A DNA stretch of 55,078 bases, filler included, from Dirinaria sp. TL-2023a (lineage: Eukaryota), in NCBI GenBank assembly GCA_051941275.1. It is 5 parts of 5 records of this genome, joined end to end, with 100 filler letters (N's around TTAATTAATTAA, not from the genome) between each part and the next. Parts side by side here need not be neighbours in the genome. Positions count along the whole stretch, not along the records: positions 44,153 to 55,078 come from JAVEBF010000894.1; 4 more parts are not named here. One strand, given 5' to 3'. This document shows positions 47,145 through 55,078 of this stretch, piece after piece. The notes under the pieces are model-generated. The model searched no databases. It was not told the DNA's origin and was given only the letters and a program-made list of their open reading frames with translations. A program made the position numbers and the translations under genes. Each line of letters starts with the position of its first letter. The stretch's first letter is position 1.

Positions 47145-48994
47145 ATGACAGGACGACTTTGGGGTGGCCGTTTCACAGGCGATGCAGACCCTTTGATGCA
47201 AGCCTACAACGACAGCTTACCATTTGACAAGATATTCTGGCGTCAAGATATTGCGGGATCAATCGCCTATGCGAGAGCTAACAGTAATTGCGGTGTCATC
47301 ACGAAGGAGGAATTTCAGCAGATTGAGAAAGGGTTTGATCAAGTTGCAAAGGAATGGGAGACCAGCTCCTTTGAAGTCAAGCCTAATGATGAGGATATCC
47401 ATACGGCGAATGAGCGGCGACTGGGAGAAATCATTGGAAAAAATAGTGCTGGCAAATTACATACTGGTCGAAGGTGTGTCTTTATTCTGAGTCTAATTGT
47501 TCTGGACGCTATATGTTGAATATCTAACGATTACACGAGCTAGCCGGAACGACCAGGTGGTGACTGACATGCGAATGTGGCTTCGGGACGAGCTGAGGAA
47601 GATCGAAAAGTATCTGGTAGACTTTCTCAAAGCTAGTATCGCGCGAGCAGAACAAGATATCTCGCTGCTCATGCCAGGGTATGGAAAAGTTACTGCATTC
47701 TCAGTCTTGAAAGAAACCGAGCTTTTTGTCAATTGCATGCTGATGAAGGACCAGCTATACACACTTGCAGAAGGCACAGCCCGTGCGGTGGAGCCATTGG
47801 TTGCTCTCGCATGCTGTAGCCTTTGCAACAGATCTAGAGCGGCTTCGCGAGGTTCTCAAAAGAATCAATCGGTCGCCGCTGGGCTGCGGTGCTCTCGCCG
47901 GTGAGTGATCTGGGTTGTTCCTTCGTATTCTGTCTGACAGGCAAAGGTAATTCGTTTAAGATCGACCGCAACGCTATGGCTCTAGAACTTGGGTTCGACG
48001 GAATCCTGTATAATTCTATGAACGCGGTTGCAGATCGTGATTTCGTGCTCGAAGCGCTGCAATGGGGTTCCTTCCTGTTGGCTTTCTCTCCCTTTGAAGA
48101 TTGCAGTAGTAGGCTGATGAACGTATAGTATGACCCATATATCAAGGTTTGCCGAGGATTTGATAATCTACAGCAGCCTCGAATTCGGCTTCGTCCGGCT
48201 GGCAGATGCGTACTCCACGGGATCATCACTAATGCCGCAGAAGAAGAATCCGTGGGTCGACACGTTACTCTCAAACAGGATGGGGTGATACTGACGGTCC
48301 GGTAGTGACAGTCTTGAACTGCTGAGAGGTAAGAGTGCTCGAGTCATTGGGAACATGGTTACTATGAATATCGCACTCAAGGGTCTACCAACCACGTAAG
48401 CTCACCAAATCCGAGCATTTGTACTGTATTTCGATTTTGGCGTTAACGAGGCGCAGATACAACAAAGACCTTCAAGAAAGTGTCGGTGAGTTGAACCATT
48501 ATAGATGAGCTTATTTCAGTGCTGACTCTCCATCTCGCAGAGCCTATGCTTGACCTCACAAAAACCGTAGGCGACAGTATTCAGATCGCAACGGGCGTGA
48601 TTTCCACCCTAGACCCGCAGCCCCAGAATATGCGCGACGCACTGGCCCCTGAGATGCTGGCCACTGAGATTGCAGACTATCTGGTCCGTCATGGTGTTCC
48701 GTTCCGAGAGGGGCACCATGTCAGTGGACAGATCGTAATTTTGGCCGAAAAAGAAGGGGTGCCAATGGTGAATGCAATCCAAATCGGATTAATATCGTGA
48801 TGCTGATGAAATACTAGGACAAATTATCGTATGAGCAGCTAAAATCTGTGGATGGTAGGTTCGAGTCGGATATCAAGGACTGCCTGGACTATGAGCGAGC
48901 GGTTGAATTGAAATCATCGAAGGGAGGTACTAGTGCCGATTCTGTAAGGGAGCAAATTAGGGTACTGAGTAAGATGCTGGGTGGTGACTCCTAA
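47145..48994 (+). CDS. ARG4: Argininosuccinate lyase, ~461 aa, 9 exons
   Basis: Exons 47145-47473, 47544-47678, 47755-47900, 47947-48076, 48129-48251, 48306-48395, 48457-48485, 48541-48767 and 48818-48994. [47 protein letters not shown] and YNKDLQE. Confidence 0.97.
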
Positions 48995-49145
48995 TGGACC
49001 GATTTACCTTCATGACACTGGAGCTTTGGCTTGCTCGAAGGCCATTCTCACCGATCCATCAACAAATTGGACATCCATGTCTGAATTACACACCTAGTCA
49101 CATATTGACTCGGAAAAAGTTTCCCATCAAGTATTGATCGGCGTT

Positions 49146-49877
49146 TTAGGCTCTTCTTAGATAATGCAAAAGGCTCACGATCGGATCAGAATCTGGCTCG
49201 GAGACGATCGTTTGATATTCCTTCTGAGCAGGCGTCCCAACGTACTCATGAGCTACATCCGGGCGAAAGGACCTGAATTGGACGGTGCGTTCCGGCCACG
49301 GTGAGGTTTCGATATGTTGCAATGCTAGGTTTCGTTCGTCTAAGACGCTGCATGAGATGAGCATTTTCGCCGTAAGCTGCTCTCTTGTCTCCACAAAATT
49401 CGCCCTTTTTGATAGGACATTTAACACCATGTCTTCTCTGCAATTTTGTTCTGATATCAAACCTTCCCATAGCCGCCTCCATGTAGCATCATCGTGATCC
49501 CACGGCTCGTCTGACTCTTCGAAGACCAGCGTCACATCTCTTAGCTGTGCGAATGCTTGCAGGTTGACGGTGTTGGATGACCACATGAAAGGTCCGTTGG
49601 TGGGTTTGGGAATGAGATACGCAGAAGGGAGGAAACGCCCCCTTTGACTTCGGCAATGTTTGAGGGAAAATCGATGATTTTGGATAATAAAGTTTTCATA
49701 TGCCTTCTCAGCCATACAGCTGGTCTCTGCATACATCTGACGGTTGACCATCGTAAGGCTGAAGTAGTTCTCTGGATATGATTCGAAGTTGGTATGGTGG
49801 AAGACTTGTTCGTAGATCGCACTACGAATTTCTTTAGATAGCTTGAAAAAACCGCTGGAGTGATTTCCTTGAGCCAT
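49146..49877 (-). CDS. Hypothetical protein, 243 aa, with F-box-like N-terminal motif
   Basis: Single ORF. FFKLSKEIRSAIYEQVF resembles the fungal FLxLPxEIRxxIY motif, followed by LTMVNRQMYAE. Confidence 0.65.
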   Translation of the reverse strand: MAQGNHSSGFFKLSKEIRSAIYEQVFHHTNFESYPENYFSLTMVNRQMYAETSCMAEKAYENFIIQNHRFSLKHCRSQRGRFLPSAYLIPKPTNGPFMWSSNTVNLQAFAQLRDVTLVFEESDEPWDHDDATWRRLWEGLISEQNCREDMVLNVLSKRANFVETREQLTAKMLISCSVLDERNLALQHIETSPWPERTVQFRSFRPDVAHEYVGTPAQKEYQTIVSEPDSDPIVSLLHYLRRA

Positions 49878-50368
49878 AGTGGTCTCTTTATCGTGTAGAG
49901 GACTGGCAACGGAGGCGCTGAGGGCGATACAGACAGTCTTGAGGCTGTCAACTCTTAGTCTTCAATCGCGTCCGAATAGTATGATGATATAAGTTTAATG
50001 GATGCGTTTGAGCAAAGCATAACCGAGATCTCATGGAAATTGAACTCGAGATTCGGTGCTGGTTGTCTAAACATATAGTATGGGAGTAGAACAGCAAAAG
50101 TAGGTAGGGAGTCCCCCATATATATACTACATGACCGAATTGACGCGGGGTCTTGTATTTCGTTACCATGGTTCATGGCTTCGGTTACTGGCTGGAAAAG
50201 GCCTTAAGTCCCGCAGTTGGGTCCTTTCTTATGTTTGTACCTAGATTAGGTCACAAAAGGACTTAATCAAGGGGGGGCCAAAAAGGGATACAAAGCGTCC
50301 TCGCTTCGTTTTGACCAACCAAAATTTGTTGAGTTCGTTGCCGCCACTCCGGCTAGGCTGACCAGAAA

Positions 50369-51208
50369 TTAGAAAGGCACATCTAGATCGTTGATATCGT
50401 CCTCTTGTTCTTTTCCTGCCCGACCTGCTGGTTGCTCGGTGCAGCTTTTAACGAAATTGACACAGGCATCGAGCCAGGGCCGTTGACTAGGTAAGAAATG
50501 ACCACCTGGATGGATAACCACATTCTTCTCGCCCGCTTCGCAAGCCGCAACCAAGGCTCGACTCCTATCCTCTTCAACTACTGAGTCTAATTGCCCGAGG
50601 AAATGCAGTACTGGGGTCTCAATCCTCGGCTCGTAGAAGGCCTCATACCTCTTCCCTGGCGCACGAAAACCGCTGTAGACGATTGCGAATTTCAAGGGCT
50701 GCTGCACAAAGCCTCCGTATGCTTTGAAAGTAGAAGGATATGGGATACCACCCTCATTTTCTGCCTTGGCGAACGCGTTGAATCTCTCGTTCCCTTCCAG
50801 TAATGACGCAACCATTGCTGCAGCTGCAGCTCCTTGGCTGAACCCGATGACTCCCTCAAATGGCCCGTCCTCTTCGATACATCGCGCGATGGCAGCCATT
50901 CCCTGGTCTATACCCCGGTAGATTATGCCATCATCCGTATCTTTCCTTATCCACCAGCCGAAAGCTTCGACGTCTTCTATGTTTGCGCCATCAGGATCAG
51001 GAGGACCGTAATCAGGTACGTCGGTGGGCATCAAGCGGTGTGGTCCAGTCGGATAACTAAACTGAACCGGGCGAGGAGAGAATGACTTTTGAAGGGCTTT
51101 ATGGAGAGCACGGCTTTTGGCAGAGAAGAGTGGACCCGATTGAGTGTAGCCGTGGAGAAGCAGGACCTTGAGAGCTGCTGGGGTCGAGCCAGTCGCAGCA
51201 ACGGACAT
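50369..51208 (-). CDS. Serine hydrolase, FSH1/OVCA2 family, 279 aa
   Basis: LKVLLLHGYTQSG, GPFEGVIGFSQGA (GxSxG), PVLHFLGQLD (Asp) and HPGGHFLP (His). Confidence 0.92.
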   Translation of the reverse strand: MSVAATGSTPAALKVLLLHGYTQSGPLFSAKSRALHKALQKSFSPRPVQFSYPTGPHRLMPTDVPDYGPPDPDGANIEDVEAFGWWIRKDTDDGIIYRGIDQGMAAIARCIEEDGPFEGVIGFSQGAAAAAMVASLLEGNERFNAFAKAENEGGIPYPSTFKAYGGFVQQPLKFAIVYSGFRAPGKRYEAFYEPRIETPVLHFLGQLDSVVEEDRSRALVAACEAGEKNVVIHPGGHFLPSQRPWLDACVNFVKSCTEQPAGRAGKEQEDDINDLDVPF

Positions 51209-51559
51209 GGTTCTGAGAGACCTGGTGCGACAGATATTTGTTGGTATCGATATACAGAGTGAGACAACAGTTCATACCTTATGCTTTAGGGCTTAGCAGT
51301 GACTAGCGTCGTCATCCCGCAGCAAGTGATTAGATACTATTTTATGAAGATGAAAATGCATTCCAAAGTTCAACACACATGCACATGCCAAATCTAAATT
51401 CGCATCAATGAAGAGTCTCATCTGTAGGTATCTTGTCAAGCCCAAGATTATAGGACGATTATTAGTATTCTACAAGGGTATCATGTCTACGCGCTATCGA
51501 AAAGTACGAAAGCCAAAATGGAGAATCAAACACGTGGAACCTCCAACTTCAAACACCGC

Positions 51560-53151
51560 TTACTTCGCTTTCTTCATCTCGTCCTTCTCACTGTAGGGAT
51601 GTTTTATCGTGAGGCACCAGATGTCGAGATAGTCGCAGATCGTGGTGATTATGTCATACTGTGAATATGAGCGATGGTCGTACATGAAAAGGGCTATACT
51701 CACCACGAAGCTACCATACACTCCTACTCCTAAACCCATGCACATGAAGGTAAATGCAATCTGATAGGTTCCGGAGCCAAGCGCGCTTGGCCAAAGGCCT
51801 ATTGTAGGGCCAAGAGAGTCCACAACAGCGAGGCCTAAAGGCACAAGAAGGACATTCCACATCGGGAAAATCGGATCCTTGGTCAGATGGGCAACAATGA
51901 TCAGCCCAACAGAGTAAGCATTGATGAGCCCAACAAAGAATACAAACGGTATGAGGTGGTGGTAAAGAATGACCGGTTGCAGGTAGAGATACGAGGGCAC
52001 AAATGTCCACATGACAAGAGCTGGCAGAAGCCCAATAAGTGGTTTCTCCACAGATTTGCCTTCCTCTCGCCTGACTTGCATGACGTGTAGGGCACTGTGC
52101 TGCATTAGCAGATTGACAACGGGCAGTGTTACATCCAATCAACAGCCTTCACCTTTGAATGGTATTGAGAACCAAGACAATACCTCCGTACACTATCCAC
52201 CATTCGTTGAAAGGGAGATCGTAGACATATTCTGGCACGATAGCGAGCTTAGGGATTCCTAACGTTTTGAACATTGACTGCTGCCAGAAACTACCGCTCC
52301 CATGTACTGCCGTAAAAGCATAGACGGCGCACAAGGTGAGAATACCTTCAACCGGTCCCGAGACGATGCCGAGGGTCAATGTCTTGGTGTAGTACTCATC
52401 CCACGTTTGTACATAAAAAGTGAAGGTGGCTTTTAACCATATGTTAGCTTAATTATGCTCTGTCGAAAAGGGTTTGCACCTCCAAAAAGCGTCAATATAG
52501 TCTTCCAACTCTGTCCGAGGTTCGTAGCGGCTGCGAAAAGGAGAACCTCTAGAATAGTGTTACAAGCATCGACGCCTACCATAATCAGTAAAGACGGTGA
52601 GCTTTTCATAGATACCTACCATGATCGAAAAGCTCTCCTAAGGGCCCACTTTGACGAGTTCGTCGGCTTTAATCATTAAAATCAATGCGCATCCAAAGAT
52701 TGACTTCGCGGAGCTCCGAGCTTACGCTTGTGTCCCATCCACCGCATCGAAGGTCTGGTATAGGAAGAGCCCGATCGCCCATGATCCATATACCCATGAC
52801 GGCATATTTTGATCAAGCGTAGGATTGTACCACAGCATCGTTAACAAATTCAGAACTACGAAACTGAAGCCGGAAAGAGTTATCTAGAAGCAATGCGTGA
52901 GCGGGAAATCCGAAGCAGTCGATCAAAGAGGCTTTACAGCATTAGGCCTGTCAGCAGTGTGTCAGCTTTTGATATATATATATATACTATATCACTCCCC
53001 GTCAATCTTACGCCATGGATATGGGGAAGCATTTGATAACGGCGTTATTGTAGAATGGCTTCAGAACGTAACGAGATACCAGTGAGTGATCGACCCCAGC
53101 ATAGCGGTATGGGTGTAGACCCTCCAACCGATCCTTCCGTATGTAAACCAT
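51560..53151 (-). CDS. Choline/ethanolamine phosphotransferase (CPT1/EPT1 family), multi-exon
   Basis: MVYIRKDRLEGLHPYRYAGVDHSLVSRYVLKPFY, MAPNAITLSGF, CDP-alcohol motif [42 protein letters not shown] and ICDYLDIWCLTIK. About 7 GT-AG introns including a 10-nt exon. Confidence 0.93.
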
Positions 53152-54172
53152 CCTTGCAAATCTCTTGATGGGATTTATCTGGAGTTCATGAGATTGAAAT
53201 AGGTACTGTCAGAAATGTTTGTGATCTGGCGTTGGCGAAAAACAGGGAAATGTGAACCGCGTCCTGTTATGCATAAAGTAACTAATGTAATGTACCTTAT
53301 GCTGGTGAAACGTTCTGGCTAGCGCAATTGGCGCAGTTTCACTAAGGGGTCACCCCCAGTCGCCCCAAGGAACCATCCGAGATTATTACCGTAGGGTGTG
53401 CCCAACCAAGACTTGAGCGTCGGCCGACTTGTTATCAACCTTTCCACCTCAGATTGTGAAATTCTTATTCGAAGCGAATACTGATGCCGAAACCTCTCGA
53501 AGGGTTCGATGGCTGCTTGAACCACAGCCTCATGACCCCAATCAAGGGGATACTTGTTCCAGCGTATCTACAAAGCATCTAGCAAGGATGTAAAGACAGA
53601 GTATTCATGAAGCCTACTGAAAATTGGGCGCTCGGAAGGAAAGACAGGGTTTCGCGTGAGGCTACTGACAATAATGCCCTCTTCTAGGATACTACGTGCT
53701 GGTGATCTAATATTTGTGATTGATGGATACCGAGGTCTCTAATGGACGAAGATGAGTGAGGCGAAGGTGATGAGTAAATTGGGATGCTTGTCTAGCCCAT
53801 CCGTCGAAACGGCCATGTTTTGTGGCAACGAACCCATCATTCTCTTGGGATAGAATGCAGCTACGCTGTGGCGTTGCCACCGAAGAGTGTCTTATCTGCA
53901 AGCGATGCAAAATGTAAGCAATGCAATTTCGATGTGGGCGGGTGAAAAGCATATTGCACTTACTCTTATCTGCTCTCCATCCTCGTAGCGCAACGCATAA
54001 CTCCACCTCTTCTGCAGTGATTGTGGACTGCTTCCTGCAAAGCGTCGATCCCCACCGAGCAGACCCAAGCACCAAGCCGATTTCCTCGGAGTATATGAAT
54101 CGAGCTCTGCACAGCCTCTCATGCCAAATTCCGCAATAAATCCCCAGAACAAGCCGCGGACCTAGATCGTCT

Positions 54173-54772
54173 TCACTTCAAGCTAACCCCGACCTCAACA
54201 ACGCTAACCCTCCTCACTCTCGTCTCCTGCACCTCCTCATCGTCCGCACCATCCTCTTCAACCTCAATATCATCTACGGCACCAACACTCCCAGTGCCAA
54301 TCCTGACTTTCACATCCCCCTGGCCCTGGAAGAACAGCGCCAGCTGCAACACCTTCTCGATAGCGCGATTGGTTCCTTTCAGCAGCACCTCTTCTGCCCT
54401 TGGACCACCACCAGCAGCAACGGCTCCTGCGACGCTACCTTCCAAATTCTGCGTTCCAGTCGCATTCGAAGATCGTGTGGCCCGCTTTTCAATCTCAACA
54501 AGGAGTTTGCGGACCCGTTTCACGGCCGAGATGAACGGCGTCGAGGCGGATATGTAGATGACTTTGGGAGACGAGGCGGCGGCGTAGGGTGATGGAATTG
54601 GAGGGTGGAGGAGAGGTCGTTTTTGGACGCGCGCGTCTGCGCGCGCGAGGGGATGTTAGAATGAAAGGGAAGCAGGGATATGGATGTCTCACTTACTGCT
54701 TGGAAGGCGAGGTAGTTTCGGTGGAGGTTTCGCCTTGGTTGCACTAGGCTTTGAGGCTTGCGAGGGCGCCAT
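54173..54772 (-). CDS. POP7: RNase P/MRP subunit Pop7 (Rpp20, Alba fold), ~179 aa
   Basis: Exons 54772-54697 and 54636-54173. KRPLLHPPIPSPY, KVIYISASTPFISAVKRVRKLL, LKGTNRAIEKVL and TGSVGAVDD. Confidence 0.88.
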
Positions 54773-54977
54773 TGAGGGTGGAGTGCCTTCGGACAGGTAA
54801 GCAATCGATGGCTTTTTGGAGGATCTCGAGGCCCCAAGAGTTCTAGACGGTTGGTTCGGGACGGGCCGATGCATCCTTGCAGAGCCACGTGGAGTCCGTG
54901 ACGCAACCATCTCTTCCTCTTCTCACCACAACGGTACAACTTGTCTTACAGTACACTAATATGTCTCCCACCATCAA

Positions 54978-55078
54978 ATGCACCTCCGCCACCTACACCT
55001 CCCCAACCTAACCCCGTACCTGCGCGCCTCAACGCTGCAATCGCATCTCGTGCGCCAGCACCTCACCGCCCGCAACAC
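54978..55078 (+). CDS. Probable octanoyltransferase (LipB/Lip2), N-terminal fragment
   Basis: MHLRHLHLPNLTPYLRASTLQSHLVRQHLTARN resembles the start of Pezizomycotina Lip2 proteins. Only 33 codons are visible before the window ends. Confidence 0.55.
   Translation, partial: MHLRHLHLPNLTPYLRASTLQSHLVRQHLTARN

Noticed and set aside
1..55078. tRNA, 5S rRNA and snRNA genes (searched by eye for GTTCGA T-loop motifs and known 5S/U-snRNA strings)
   Set aside because: The matches fall inside CDSs or lack cloverleaf stems. tRNAscan-SE or Infernal would be needed to exclude them formally.

Overview
This is eukaryotic DNA from a filamentous ascomycete (Pezizomycotina), with short GT-AG introns and CT(A/G)AC-type branch points. 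A lichen-forming lineage is a tentative guess based only on two secreted-protein types. The window is not one locus. It is five unrelated contigs (10949, 10943, 10932, 10928 and 10926 bp, i.e. sorted by decreasing size) joined by identical artificial 100-bp spacers (N44-TTAATTAATTAA-N44), so nothing can be inferred across the spacers. Contig 1 holds tubulin cofactor C, an Osh3-type oxysterol-binding protein, a dual-specificity phosphatase and an orphan ORF. Contig 2 holds a ~7.5-kb decayed gene tract (a clear AAA-ATPase pseudogene and a possible TPR/NLR relic), VPS55, a secreted orphan and a truncated membrane protein. Contig 3 holds a Cps1-like GT2 synthase, PRP4, a PTC7-type PP2C and a truncated alpha/beta hydrolase. 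Contig 4 holds a Cys-rich secreted protein, a Tri7-like MBOAT and a second decayed tract. Contig 5 holds an orphan, a DUF202 protein, ARG4, an F-box-like orphan, an FSH1 hydrolase, CPT1/EPT1, POP7 and the start of a probable LIP2. I found no tRNA, rRNA, CRISPR array or recognisable intact transposon, and I cannot support a complete novel multi-gene system. The most interesting signal is the RIP-like transition pattern in the AAA pseudogene, which appears to favour CpC->TpC (GG->GA) over the classical CpA context.
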